Source: Macrostomum lignano
Lineage: Eukaryota
DNA: 64,000 bases
NCBI GenBank assembly: GCA_002269645.1
Contig: NIVC01003907.1
Location: 1 to 64,000, forward strand
Direction: 5' to 3'
Shown: positions 47,928 through 61,589 of the stretch, in pieces
Layout: the number at the start of each line of letters is the position of its first letter
How positions within the stretch are numbered: position 1 is the stretch's first letter
Made by a program: the position numbers and the translations under genes
Notes under the pieces: generated by a model
Told to the model about the DNA's origin: nothing
The model's input: only the letters and a program-made list of their open reading frames with translations
The model's database searches: none

Positions 47928-50900
47928 TGCTGTCTGTCTGTCTGTCTGTCCGTCTTTCTGTCTGTCTGCCTGCCTGTATAACTGCCATAATAGCTGCCTC
48001 TGTTGGTCTGTCTGAATGTCTACTAAGGTTTTTTTCTAGGGTCTCAATATCTGTCCGACTGGTTGTCTGTCTGAGTCAGTCTCCCTGAGTGACTGTCTCA
48101 ACGTCCATCTGTTATCGGCTAGCGCAAATCTTGCTGACAACCCTCGCGCCACCCACTTGCCCTTGCAGCCCTGCCCGCACCTGGTCAACAAGTTGAACTC
48201 GTGCGATTTTGACGAATTTACCCGACAAGTGAATTCCCTTAACGAATTCTGCGATCAACCGTTTGAAGGGTGAGTAGCGCAATAGAAATGAGTATTATTT
48301 CTCTCAAAAGTACAAATTGCCTGGTTAATTGCTGGAGTGCATGAATTACTAGTTTGAGCCTGTCTGTGTCCACCCCCGGCTCTGCTCTATCGGTGAAGAT
48401 GCGACAGAGGGGATGGAAAATTTGGTTCAGAATAGCAGTGAGCTGAGGCAGGCGGTCGAGGGTGAGGAATTCTAGCAGGGAAAGCTGGGACTCTTCCCTG
48501 CCGCTAGTAGAGGATTTCTGTCCCATTGGCGGATCAAGTAGGAATAGTTAACTTGAGAAACTAGCTGAGGATGAGGGCGGGGAGGGTGAGGGTAGAAGGG
48601 ATTGAAATGAGTGCTCCATAAAAATATGAGCATCTGAACTTCCGCTGGGGCTGCTGACGGGACTGGCCAGTAGCTGAGTGAGTAGCTGGGTGAGTAGCTG
48701 AGTGAGTTGCTCAACTGGCCAGTAGCTGAATTAGTAGCTGGGTGAGTAGCTGAGTGAGTAGCTCAACTGGCCAGTAGCTGAGTGAGTAGCTGGGTGAGTA
48801 GCTGAGTGAGTAGCTCAACTGGTCAGTAGCTGAGTGAGTAGCTCAACTGGCCAGTAGCTGAGTGAGTAGCTGGGTGAGTAGCTCAACTGGCCAGTAGCTG
48901 AGTGAGTAGCTGAGTGAGTTGCTGAACTGGCCAGTAGCTGAGTGAGAAGCTGAACTGGCCAGTAGCTAAGTGAGTAGCTGAACTGGCCAGTAGCTGAGTG
49001 AGTAGCTGAACTGGCCAGTAGCTGAGTGAGTAGCTGGGTGAGTAGCTGAGTGAGTAGCTCAACTGGTCAGTAGCTGAGTGAGTAGCTCAACTGGCCAGTA
49101 GCTGAGTGAGTAGCTGGGTGAGTAGCTGAGTGAGTAGCTCAACTGGTCAGTAGCTGAGTGAGTAGCTCAACTGGCCAGTAGCTGAGTGAGTAGCTGGGTG
49201 AGTAGCTGAGTGAGTAGCTCAACTGGTCAGTAGCTGAGTGAGTAGCTCAACTGGCCAGTAGCTGAGTGAGTAGCTGGGTGAGTAGCTGAGTGAGTTGCTC
49301 AACTGGCCAGTAGCTGAATTAGTAGCTGGGTGAGTAGCTGAGTGAGTTGCTCAACTGGCCAGTAGCTGAGTGAGTAGCTGGGTGAGTAGCTGAGTGAGTA
49401 GCTCAACTGGTCAGTAGCTGAGTGAGTAGCTCAACTGGCCAGTAGCTGAGTGAGTAGCTGGGTGAGTAGCTGAGTGAGTTGCTCAACTGGCCAGTAGCTG
49501 AATTAGTAGCTGGGTGAGTAGCTGAGTGAGTAGCTCAACTGGCCAGTAGCTGAGTGAGTAGCTGGGTGAGTAGCTGAGTGAGTAGCTCAACTGGTCAGTA
49601 GCTGAGTGAGTAGCTCAACTGGCCAGTAGCTGAGTGAGTAGCTGGGTGAGTAGCTGAGTGAGTTGCTCAACTGGCCAGTAGCTGAATTAGTAGCTGGGTG
49701 AGTAGCTGAGTGAGTAGCTCAACTGGCCAGTAGCTGAGTGAGTAGCTGGGTGAGTAGCTGAGTGAGTAGCTCAACTGGTCAGTAGCTGAGTGAGTAGCTC
49801 AACTGGCCAGTAGCTGAGTGAGTAGCTGGGTGAGTAGCTGAGTGAGTTGCTCAACTGGCCAGTAGCTGAATTAGTAGCTGGGTGAGTAGCTGAGTGAGTA
49901 GCTCAACTGGCCAGTAGCTGAGTGATTAGCTGAGCCTGCCAGTAGAGTAATGATATGCCAGCAATATTATTGTTAGCGTTTCTAAAGCAACTCTTAAATA
50001 AACCCCCCCCGATATCCTCATAGCAATCTTCGCCGCCAGCTGCCAGTGCTGCTGCAGTCCCTGGAGACCGACATTGAGAGTCTGTGCACAGTCGTGACTG
50101 ATTCTGAGTCTTCTGCTTCTATCAATTCTTGCCCAATTGGCAGGCTGTTGCACAAGGGTTGCAGTAAGTGTTTAGCTTCTATGCACTCATATTAATCATC
50201 TTTATAAGGCTTTCTCATTAGAGTTATCCAAGAGTCGTGTGAAAATTAATCCGAGAAAAACAGCCCAAATTACTCCCATAAAGAATCGCAGATCGCCCCG
50301 GACACCCAAGATAATCGCCCCATACACCCCTAGATAATCGTTTTAGACATAGCCTTGAGAATCGCCCCAGACAGCCCTTGAGAATCGCCCTCAGGCAGAC
50401 CTTGAGAATCTCCCAGGCAGCCCTTGAGAATCGCCCTCAGGCAGCCCTTGAGAATCGCCAAGGCAGCCCTTGAGAATCGCCCTCAGGCAGCCCTTAAGAA
50501 TCGCCCTCAGACAGCCCTTGAGAATCGCCTAAGACAACCTTTAGGAATCGCCCAGGCAGCCCTTGAGAATCGCACCAGGCAGCCCTTGAGAATCGCACCA
50601 GGCAGCCCTTGAGAATCGCACCAGGCAGCCCTTGAGAATCGCACCAGGCAGCCCTTGAGAATCGCCTAAGACAACCTTTGGGAATCGCTCAGGCAGCCCT
50701 TGAGAATCGCCCCAGACAGCCCTTGAAAATTGCCGCAGATTTGACGCAGATACGGGACGCCCCAAGCTGGCCGACTCCTACAGTAGCACGCAGTCCACCC
50801 TCCCCCTCCGGCCCTCTCATCAGGTCTCCTGGTAGGCCGGCCGCAGCGCCTTCTGCTGTACCGTCTGGCAGGCCAGCAGCAGCAGCCATCGCAGCGGCTC

Positions 50901-53900
50901 CAGTGGCTGTCTCTGCCCGCCTCGCCCCCCTCCGAGCTTACCGCAACCGTAGGCGTGACTCACACCAGTGCGGCCTACACCCTGCCAGTGATTCCCATCG
51001 TGACTGTGACTCGAACAGGACCCGGTGATCGCAGGTAAGCTACTCACTGCTCACATCTTTAGTTATAAAATATGAGTACCGCTTCACTAATTTATAATCG
51101 TAACTTTATTCCCTCCCGCAGCAGCCCGACTTTCTCCCAGCTGTCTCAGAACAGCAGCTGTCCCGTGCGGGCCGCCTACTGTCTGCGGCTGGACCGGCCT
51201 CTGCCAATCTGCGTTGAGCAGCTCGACCGCCTGCAGGAGGTCACCGGCGTGCCAGTGCCCCTGCCAGCATCGCCAGCGTCAGCTCAGGATGACCAGCCAC
51301 CGCCCGCCACCATGCTTGCCTTGATTGGAGATCTGCTGGACCAGCCGGACTTGTCTACTGAGACTCCGCTGCGGCTGGTGAGGCTGCTCGTGACTATTGA
51401 TGAGGCTTTGGTTTTATTAGATGCGGCTTTGGTTTTATTAGATGCGGGGGAGGAAAGTGAAAAACGGATTGCTAGTCTAGCCAATCATTAAATAGGAAAG
51501 TGGATTGCTAGTCTGACCGATTATTGGATAGGAAAATGGATTGCTAGTCTAGCCGATCATTAGATAGGAAAATGGATTGCTAGTCTAGCCAAACTAGCAA
51601 TCTAGTGCGGCCCCCCTTCGGGGCGCCCAATAAGAAAGGAGCAAAAATAGTTCATGGAAAACAATAAAAAAACACATTTTCTTAAACACTAATTCCTTCT
51701 TCACATTTTAAAAATCACCTTATTCGTGTAAAATTGTCACGGACTAAGATGTTTGCAAAATTAAAAAATCACTTTTTCTCTAAAATTAACAAACAGTCAA
51801 CAAAATATCGTTTCACTAAATAGAAAATATTCCCAAGACAGCAAGCAACCCCCTCCAAAAGTGAACAATCGCAGATAGCAAGCATCCTCTAATGCTCATA
51901 GCAAGAATCACCACAGATAGCAAGCATCTGCAGATTAGCAAGCACCCCCCAGATATTATAGAAGCATCCACCCAGATAGCAAGCATCCACTCAGATAGCA
52001 AGCATTCTGCAGATATCAAGCACCCCCAGATATTATAGAAGCATTCTGCAGATAGCAAGCACCCCCAGATATTATAGAAGCATTCTGCAGATAGCAAGCA
52101 TCCTGCAGATATCAAGCACCCCCAGATATTATAGAAGCATCCTGCAGATAGCAAGCACCCCCCAGATATTATAGAAGCATCCACCCAGATAGCAAGCACC
52201 CCCAGATATTATAGAAGCATCCTGCAGATAGCAAGCACCCCCCAGATATTATAGAAGCATCCACCCAGATAGCAAGCATCCTGCAGATAGCAAGAATCCC
52301 TAAATAGCAAGCATCCTGCAGATAGCAAGAATCCCTGAATAGCAAGCATCCCTGGATAGAAAGAATCCCATGCATGTAGCCAGTACCCCCTCTCCCAAAT
52401 AGCAAGTATCCCCCCTCGAGAGCAAGCATCCACGAGACAGCAAGTAGCTAGTGCAAATGTTACTTCCGCTAATGCAATAATCGCTTTCTCAGGTTGTGCA
52501 ACAATCCACGTCTCAGCGAGCGCAATAATCTCTTTTTTAGACAGCGCAGTAATCAGCTTCTCAGCTAGTGCAATAATCCTTGGTTTATTAATAGCAATAA
52601 TCCTTGATTAATCAAGTGCAATAATCCTTGGTTTATCAAGTACAATAACCCTTGGTTTATCAAGTGCAGTAATCTTTGGCTTATCAAGTGCAATAATCCT
52701 TGGTTTATCAAGTGCAATAATCCTTTGTTTATCAAGTGCAATAATCCTTGGTTTATCAAGTGCAATAATCCTTGGTTTATTAAGTGCAATAATCCTTGGT
52801 TTATCAAGTGCAATAATCCTTGGTTTATCTAGCGCAGTAATCCTTGGCTTATCAGGTGCAATAATCCTTGGTTTATCAAGTGCAATATTTGTTTATCAAG
52901 TGCAATAATCCTTGGTTTATCAAGTGAAATAATCCTTGGTTTATCAAGTGCAATAATCCTTGGCTTATCAACTGCAATAATCCTTGGTTTATCAAGCGCA
53001 GTAATCTTTGGCCTATCAAGTGCAATAATCCTTGGTTTATCAAGTGCAATAATCCTTGGTTTATCAAGTGCAATAATCCTTGGTTTATCAAGTGCAATAA
53101 TCCTTGGTTTATCAAGTGCAATAATCCTTGGTTTCAAGCAATAATCCTTGGTTTATCAAGTGCAGTAATCCTTGGTTTATCAAGTGCAGTAATCCTTGGT
53201 TTATCAAGAGCAATAATCCTTGGCTTATCAGTGCAGTAATCCTTGGTTTATCAAGTGCAATAATCCTTGGTTTATCAAGTGCAATAATCCTTGGTATCAA
53301 GTGCAATAATCCTTGGTTTGCCAAGAGCAATAATCCTTGTTTATCAAGTGCAATAATCCTTGGTTTATCAAGAGCAATAATCCTTGGCTTATCAGTGCAA
53401 TAATCCTTGGTTTATCAAGAGCAATAATCCTTGGTTTATCAAGTGCAATAATCCTTGGTTTATCAAGTGCAATAATCCTTGGTTTATCAAGTGCAATAAT
53501 CCTTGGTTTATCAAGTGCAATAATCCTTGGTTTATCAGATGCAATAATCCTTGGCTTATCAACTGCAATAATCCTTGGTTTATCAAGTGCAATAATCCTT
53601 GGTTTATCAAGTGCAGTAATCTTTGGCCTATCAAGTGCAATAATCCTTGGTTTATCAAGTGCAATAATCCTTGGTTTATCAAGTGCAATAATCCTTGGTT
53701 TATCAAGTGCAATAATCCTTGGCTTATCAACTGCAATAATCCTTGGTTTATCAAGTGCAATAATCCTTGGTTTATCAAGTGCAGTAATCCTTGGCCTATC
53801 AAGTGCAATAATCCTTGGTTTATCAAGTGCAACATCTTTACTATCAAGTGCAATAATCCATGGCTTATCAAGTGCAATAATCCTTGGTTATCAAGTGCAA

Positions 53901-56900
53901 TAATCCTTGGTTTATCAAGTGCAATAATCCTTGTTTATCAAGTGCAATAATCCTTTGTTTATCAAGTGCAATAATCCTTTGTTTATCAAGTGCAATAATC
54001 CTTGGTTTATCAAGTGCAATAATCCTTGGCTTATCAAGTGCAATAATCCTTGGTTTATCAAGTGCAATAATCCTTGGTTTATCAAGCGCAGTAATCCTTT
54101 GGCCTATCAAGTGCAATAATCCTTGGTTTATCAAGTGCAGTAATCCTTGGTTTTCAAGTGCAATAATCCTTGGCTTTTGAAGTGCAGTAATCCTTGGTTT
54201 GCCAAGAGCAATAGTCCTTGGTTTATCGAGTGCAGTAATCCTTGGTTTTCCAAGTGCAGTAATCCTTGGTTTATTAATAGCAATAATCCTTGGCTTCTTG
54301 AGTGCAGTAATCCTTGGTTTGCCAAGAGCAATAGTCCTTGGTTTATCGAGTGCATTAATCCTTGGTTTTCCAAGTGCAATAATTCTTGGCTTCTTGAGTG
54401 CAGTAATCCTTGGTTTGCCAAGAGCAATAGTCCTTGGTTTATCGAGTGCAGTAATCCTTGGTTTTCCAAGTGCCGTAATCCTTGGTTTATTAATAGCAAT
54501 AATCCTTGATTAATCAAGTGCAGTAATCTTTGGTTTGCCAAGAGCAATAGTCCTTGGTTTATCGAGTGCAGTAGTCCTTGGTTTATTAATAGCAATAATC
54601 CTTGGCTTATCGAGTGCAGTAATCTAAGTGTTTTTATTTAGTCCTTTAATAAAACCTTTTAATAAAAAATTTTACACTACTACTTTTAAACTACTTAGAT
54701 TCGAACCTAGGTCGCTGCATTAGCAGTCTGGTCTGTTCAGCTCTAGGCTAGCTCTCATCGAAGTTATCAGTGATGTTGTACCACTTATATAATTCAACAC
54801 TCACACCAAGTCAGGTAGAGTAAAAAGTCTCACGAAGCAGTTATGACATAATCAATTTCTTAGGCAAGTCAGTACCAGTGTCTATGAAAGTTTACAATAT
54901 GGTTACGTAATATAAATTCAGTACTGCGCTATGCTTTCACACTCAAAGCTGTGACGCAATTCAATTGAGTGTCAAATTCAGCCAGTACACAGACGATAAA
55001 TAAAGTGTATTGTGATGCAATCTATTTCAGAATCAGAATTCAACCAGTCAGTTTTTCTGCTAGCATTCTTACGATGCATTTCAAGTCGAAAGAGCTGCTT
55101 GACCTTTGCAAAAAAGCATGTTTTTCGAATATTTAATCCCTTTAGCATCGAGCAATTTCTTAGCCACGATGCATGTACTGTCACGGGAAAATTTCTGATC
55201 GAACAGTGCAAGTTCGAAGAAAATCGGTTGAGCCGTTTTTGCTAAAATCGATCACACACACACACATACACACACACACATACCGACAGACCATTTTTAG
55301 TATATTGGATGGAAAAGGAAAACATTAGAGAAGAAAATGGATTGCTAGTGTAGCCAATCATTAGATAGGAACATGGATTGCTAGTCTAGCTAGCCAATTA
55401 TTAGATAGGAAAAAAAATGGATTGCTAGTCTAGCCAATTATTAGATAAGAAAATGGATTGCTAGTCTAGCCAATTATTAGATAAGAAAATGGATTGCTAG
55501 TGTAGCCAAACATTAGATAGGAAAATGTATTGCTAGTGTAGCCAATCATTAGATAAGAAAATGGATTGCTAGTCTAGCCAATCATTAGATAAGAAAATGG
55601 ATTGCTAGTCTAGCTAGCCAATTTTTAGTTAGGAAAATGGATTGCTAGTCTAGCCAATCATTAAATATTAAAGTGAATTGCTAGTATAGCCAATAATTAG
55701 ATAGGAAAATGGATTTCTAGTCTAGCCAATCATTCAATAGGAAAATGGATTGCTAGTCTAGCCAGTAATCAGATGTATAAAGGGATTTTCATTAATTACT
55801 CAAACCACGAATTCCAGAACCTGCCTGACCAGCTCGTGTCCATCAGATGCTCTCTAAGAGGTCACGTGATCGAATCTATCCCGTTCAGCAGTCCGGCAGT
55901 TCTGTCCCAGGTGTCCACCCTGATCAGACAGCAGTTTGTGCTCAACCAGCTGCTGGCTTCGTGTCTACAGCTGACTACTCATAGGGGTGAGTTGTCAATC
56001 AATCAATCAATTGATCAGTCACAATGCTAAATCGATTATTCAAATTCCCGCCTCTCCAATTCGACAGCTAATTTGGAGCCCGGCGTCACCTGCTTTGAAC
56101 TGGAAGTCCTTGGCCCCACAGACTGCCGGGTGGCCATCATGCGCGGTCTCGGCTTTAAAATGCGTTCGTGTAAGTAGTATAGAAATAAGTTAGTAGTACA
56201 ATGCTAGTAAATCAAACTAAAGCCAGTATAAAATAGTACTACAGCCAGTATATTACAGTACTACAGACAGTATAAAACAGTACTACAGCCAGTATATTAC
56301 AGTACTACAGACAGTATAAAACAGTACTACAGCCAGTATATTACAGTACTACAGACAGTATAAAACAGTACTACAGCCAGTATATTACAGTACTACAGCC
56401 AGTATATTACAGTACTACAGCCAGTAAATTACAGTACTACAGCCAGTATATTACAGTACTACAGACAGTATAAAACAGTACTACAGCCAGTATATTGCAG
56501 TACTACAGACAGTATAAAACAGTACTACAGCCAGTATATTACAGTACTACAGACAGTATAAAACAGTACTACAGCCAGTATAAAACAGTACTACAGCCAG
56601 TATATTGCAGTACTACAGACAGTATATTGCAGTACTACAGACAGTATAAAACAGCACTACAGACAGTATAAAACAGCACTACAGACAGTATAAAACAGCA
56701 CTACAGACAGTATAAAACAGTACTACAGACAGTGTAAAACAGCACTACAGACAGTATAAAACAGTACTACAGCCAGTATATTACAGTACTACAGACAGTA
56801 TATTAAAGTACTACAGACAGTATAAAACAGTACTACAGCCAGTATATTACAGTACTACAGACAGTATAAAACAGTACTACAGCCAGTATATTGCAGTACT

Positions 56901-59827
56901 ACAGACAGTATATTGCAGTACTACAGACAGTATAAAACAGCACTACAGACAGTATAAAACAGTACTACAGACAGTGTAAAACAGCACTACAGACAGTATA
57001 AAACAGTACTACAGCCAGTATATTACAGTACTACAGACAGTATAAAACAGTACTACAGCCAGTATATTACAGTACTACAGACAGTGTAAAACAGCACTAC
57101 AGACAGTATAAAACAGTACTACAGCCAATTACTGATGCCTGTCGCCCCGCAGACTCGCTGCACCTGCGCAGCCCAGACTGCAGCCCGGCTTGCCGACGGC
57201 TCAAGCCGCCATCGTCCGCGTCTGCCGACTCTGCCAAGCCCGAGATCGGCGATTCTGGCGCCGGCACGGCGGAGCCCTCCGCTCAGTTTCTCGGGCGCGC
57301 GCTGCGCACCAGCGGCCTGTCGCTGCCGCTGGCCGTTCGCCGGCTTCAAAGGCTCCGCGGCCGTCCCCGCGGCTGTCAACGGCGCCGGCGGCTGATCGAC
57401 TCTCCGTCCGCGCCGCAGTCGCTCCGCCGGGTCGCCTCGACCTCCGCTCTGGCCGCCATCGCCAGCGGCCTCGTCGAAGTCAAAGGCGTCGTCGCCTCCG
57501 TTGCAGCGTCTGCCGCCTCGCTGCTGCCCGCCAGGCCGCGCTTCTGCCTGGAGGCGCCGGCGCCGCGCCCCAAACGGCAGCCGCTGGGGCCGCCTGCGCC
57601 GGTCGAGTTCCAGCCGCCGCCGCCGCCGATGCCGATGCCGCCGAACTTCGCCGGCGGTCACCACCCGCTGCAGCAGCCGCAGTTCGGGCCTCAGTTCAGC
57701 AGGCAGCTCAGCCACCCTGCCGGAGCTGACGGCGGCGGCCATCACCATCCGCTGCCGCATCATCACATGCCGCAGTTCCAGCATCCGCAGGGTTACATGC
57801 CGGGCCATCAGCAGCACCAGCTGTACCAGCAGCAGCTGGTGGGAGGCCAGGCCACGCCGCCCCATCACCTGTGCAGGCAGGGCCCGCCCCACCTGGCTGG
57901 TTACCACCCGCACCAGCGGATGCCGCACGGCCACGGCTACCCGCCGCCGCCGCCGCATTCGCAGACTCCGCCCTACGGTGTTCAGTTCAGGCCGGGGGCC
58001 CAGCCTGGGGGCCCGTACTACCAAGGACCGCCTTCTCAGCAGCAGCAGCAGCAGCAGCCGCCACCGCATCATTCACCTTCGCCCTACCATTCGCAGTTCG
58101 CTGGTCCGCCCGGCTACGGACCTCAGCCAGCCACGCCAGCCGGCTATGCACAGCAGATGCCGCCGGCGTCTCCCCACCACTTGATGCTTGGCTCGCCCGC
58201 GCCGCACCTGCAGCAGCCGCAGACTCCGCAGCCCCACACGCCGCACACGCCTCAGCCGCTGCACCACCCGCCAAGCACCCCGGCGGCCTCCAACATGGAG
58301 ATCAGCGGGCCTGGCACGCCTCTCGACCAGCAGCTGATGAGCCACCATCTTGGAGACAGCAGCGGCGGTAGCGGCAGCGGCTTCCCACCGCACACCCCCA
58401 TGGACAAGAGCAACCAGAATCCCGTGCTCATCAGCCTGCTGCAGGAGGACTCAACCAGCTGCGGCACCCCAGTTCCAGCCCAGCAGATGCCGATGCAGCA
58501 CCACGGCCAGCAGCAGCACCGCCAGATGTTTCCTCACGGAGCTCCGCCTCCGGCCTACGGCCAGCAGCAGCAGGCGGTGTACAGTCGGAACCCCGCCGCC
58601 GGTCAGCGGGCCTTGCCGCCGCAGCCCCAGATGACCAGCCCGCAGCATCAGCAGCAGCAGCAGCAGCTGCTCGACCCCGCCGCCTCGTCATCGTCCGTCG
58701 GCGGCGCCGGCGTCAGAGCCGGCAACAGCGGCGGTGCCAAGAAGCCGCGCAAGCCGCGTCGTTCAAATCCTTCCTCGGCGGGGGCGGCTTCGGCGACAAC
58801 GCCAACTGCTCCGTCTTCGTCGGCGTCAGCGACTGGATCCTCGTCTACGGCGGCTGCGATGCAGAGCCGGATGGGGCCGGCAGGCGGCGGCCAGGCCTTC
58901 GATCCGCAGCAGCAGCAGCTCGGCCGCAGCCTGGACAGCCAGATGCAGTCGGCCTACATTGGCGGGCCGCAGCAGCAGCAGCGCCACCATCCAGCTGCCA
59001 CCGCCGTGTTCGACACCAACGTGAGCCGCATGGCCCAGATGACAGAGCAGCTGGGCTCAGCTGAGCCTCATCACCCGCAGCCCCATCAGCAGATGCTGCC
59101 GCAGCATCAGCAGCAGCTGCGCTATCCAGGTGACATGCCTGGTCAAGGCGCATTCGCAGGCCAGCAGCAGCAGCAGATGCATCCTCATCATCACCAGCAG
59201 CAGCAGCAGTCTGCCATGGCCGCAGCTTCTGCTCAGCTTCATCACCAGCATCACCAACAGCAGTCATCGAACGGTCTGGTCCTCATGCCCGGCAGTGAGG
59301 GGGCCAGCTTCCCCCAGTCTGATGAGGCGTCTTCAGGCCGGGAACAGCAGCAGCAGAGCCTCCGCCTCACCATACCCAAGACCAAGCTGGGCCCCCAGGA
59401 CCACCAGGCCCAGAAGAACCCGGAGAGCGTCTACGACTTCGACCCGGCTAAAGAGGAGGCCACCAAGGCCTCGTCTGTGGAGGCTCGCAACAAGCCGCTG
59501 AAGGTCACCATCAGGATGAACCCTGCCTCCTCCGCCGCCGCCACTGCCGAAGCGTCGTCGTCAAGAAAGCCGCCAGATTCCTCTGCCGGTGCGCCTCGCC
59601 GACCACCGCCTCTTGGCAAGCCGTACAACTACGCCTTCCACCAACAGCAGCAGCAGCAGCCGCAGCCGCAGCAGCCACCGTCGCATCTTCAACATCAGCA
59701 GCAGCACCTTCAGCAAGAGCGAGCTGTTGAGTCCTCCGGCACCGACTCGGCACCGGCCTCTGTGGAGGAGAACTCCAGCGGCGCCATGGACGATCAGCAG
59801 CACCAGCTGCAGATGCAGCGTCAGCGT

Positions 59828-59866
<39 letters not shown>

Positions 59867-61589
59867 CAACAACAACTGCAGATTCACGATGAGTCCAGCT
59901 GGACCACCAAGCAGCAGCTGCGGAAAAAGTTGGAGAAAAGCCGCAAAGCCGAGGCCGCGCCTTCTGGCGCATCCGCCTTGCCAGCAGCTGCGACCGGGCC
60001 AGCTGGCCTCGGCGGCAGCGGAAACAATGGCCGGGCAATGTCCGCCGGGCTGAACCCGGCCAGCGCCGCCGGCTCGGCAATGCCGGCCGCGGGTCCGGGG
60101 GCCGCCATCTACGGACCACCGGCCGCTAAGAAAAGTCGCCTGCATGCCGACAAGGTGAGAGAATTGTGGCGTCGTGTTTTGGGTGCTGGGTGTTTCATTC
60201 TAGGACTGCACTCGGTTAGTGTGTTTTATTCTCGGACACTCTGGTTGGGTGCTTCATTCTCGGACATCCAGGTTGGGTGTTTCATTCTCGGACACTCAGG
60301 TTGGGTTTCTATTCTCGGACACTCGGGTTGGGTGTTTCATTCTCGGACATCCAGGTTGGGTGTTTCATTCTCGGACAATCAGGCTGGGTGTTTCATTCTC
60401 GGACACTCTGGTTGGGTGCTTCATTCTCGGACATCCAGGTTGGGTGTTTCATTCTCGGACACTCAGGTTGGGTTTTTATTCTCGGACACTCGGGTTGGGT
60501 GTTTCATTCTCGGGCTGCACTCGGGTTTGGTGTTTCATTCTCGGACACCCATGTAGGGTTTTTATTCTCGGACACTTGGGTGTTTCATTCTCGGACACCC
60601 ATGTAGGGTTTTTATTCTCGGACACTTGGGTGTTTCATTCTCGGACACCCATGTAGGGTTTTTATTCTCGGACACTTAGGTGTTTCATTCTCGGACACTC
60701 AGGTTGGGTTTTTATTATCGGACACTTAAGTTGGGTTGTTTTTCTCGGACACCCAAGTTGGTGTTTCATTCTCAAACTATACTTGGGTTGGGCGGCTCAT
60801 TCGGAGACTCTGGTTGGGTGTTTCATTCTCGGACACGGGTTAGGTTTGTTATTCTCGGACACTTGGGTTAAGTTTGTTATTCTCGGACACTTAGGTTGGG
60901 TGTTTCATTCTCGGACACAGCTCAGTAAACTAAGCAATGGATTAAGCATGAGCATCGCAACCCCTCGCCAGCCTCCGCAGGCCAAGAAGTCCAAGAAGCA
61001 CAGGCGGCTCGACGCCTCCGTTGACTCGGCTCACCTGTCCACTCCTAGCAGCAGCGCGGGCGCGAGTCCCGCCACCCCCGCCGACGCTTCGTCCGCCGCT
61101 TCAGCTCCCGCGTCGGGTTCGCGGCAGAGCTCCGCCCTGAAGTCTTACAAGATTCCGCGCAAGAACACGGCCTCTGAGGATGCGGCCTCGAGTGCTCTCC
61201 AGCAGCAACAGCAGCAGCAGCCGCCGCCGCCCCCGCAACAGCAGCCGCCGCCGCACCCTCTGCCTCCCCGGTTTCAGCAGGCGGCCAGCTTCGCTCCCGC
61301 CGGGGGCATCCGCCAGCAGCTGTACCAACAGCGCCATCCGGCCTACCCCGCGCCCCGTCAGCATGTCCAGCATCACCAGCATCATCAGGCCAATTTATTT
61401 GAGCAGTTCCGGCAGCCGCAGCAGCAGCGCCAGTTCATCACGGATCCGGCAGGCCTGCACCAGCACAGCAAGGACACCCCTGACAGCCCCGCTGATGGCC
61501 CGGCGTCGCCCTCACCCGGCGGCGGCGCCGGAGGCAGCGGCGCTGGGGTCGGCGGTCAGGCGGCCACCGTGAGCATCATCCCGCACTGA
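47029..61589 (+). CDS. MED1: Mediator of RNA polymerase II transcription subunit 1-like
   Basis: Exons: 47029-47106 and 47194-47457 (5' end uncertain), 48169-48269, 50024-50163, 50824-51034, 51122-51377, 55818-55986, 56068-56169, 57153-60154, 60921-61589. Matches to recalled MED1: PCPHLVNKL...[42 protein letters not shown]...[33 protein letters not shown] (NR box). Confidence 0.85.
47524..47675. repeat. 46-bp tandem repeat, ~3.3 copies
   Basis: AGGCCTTGTGAAACTGGATGCTTGAAACTTAGGCTATGAGAAATTC. Confidence 0.85.
47690..47975. repeat. (TCTG)n microsatellite with interruptions
   Basis: Directly visible. Confidence 0.95.
48660..49925. repeat. Compound AGTAGCT-based satellite with 184-bp higher-order repeat
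   Basis: Subunits AGTAGCTGAGTG / AGTAGCTGGGTG / AGTAGCTCAACTGGCC. The marker variant GCTGAATT ends at 49320, 49504, 49688 and 49872. Confidence 0.9.
50345..50725. repeat. ~21-23-bp minisatellite (GGCAGCCCTTGAGAATCGCACCA)
   Basis: Directly visible tandem array. Confidence 0.9.
51460..51590. repeat. ~36-bp minisatellite (AAAATGGATTGCTAGTCTAGCCAATCATTAGATAGG), left part
   Basis: Same unit resumes at 55330. Confidence 0.85.
51880..52440. repeat. Compound AGATAGCAAGCA(T/C)CC minisatellite
   Basis: Directly visible. Confidence 0.85.
52565..54625. repeat. 24-bp minisatellite (AATAATCCTTGGTTTATCAAGTGC), ~2 kb
   Basis: Directly visible; gives the 8-aa periodic pseudo-ORFs. Confidence 0.95.
55330..55770. 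repeat. ~36-bp minisatellite, right part
   Basis: Same unit as 51460-51590. Confidence 0.9.
56220..57126. repeat. ~22-bp minisatellite (AGTACTACAGCCAGTATATTAC / ...GACAGTATAAAAC)
   Basis: Fills almost the whole MED1 intron 56170-57152. Confidence 0.95.
60180..60920. repeat. ~28-bp minisatellite (GGTTGGGTGTTTCATTCTCGGACACTC) filling the last MED1 intron
   Basis: The final unit ends TTCTCGGACACAG, supplying the acceptor at 60919-60920. Confidence 0.9.

Larger units (their letters stand above)
51591..55310 (+). mobile_element. Possible non-autonomous Helentron/HINE-like element swollen by internal minisatellites
   Basis: Starts AAACTAG; near its end AAAATCGGTTGAGCCGTTT, a (CA)n tract and TTTTTAGTATATTGGAT. 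It splits a 36-bp array into two parts. The family call rests on recalled resemblance only. Confidence 0.45.

Noticed and set aside
50739-50823. Extra MED1 exon [11 protein letters not shown]
   Set aside because: Exon 50024-50163 already supplies the homologous segment and splices in frame to 50824.
57119-60145. Long antisense and alternate-frame ORFs over MED1, and likewise over CCDC180, arrestin and FReD exons
   Set aside because: Expected shadows of GC-rich, CAG-rich coding sequence.
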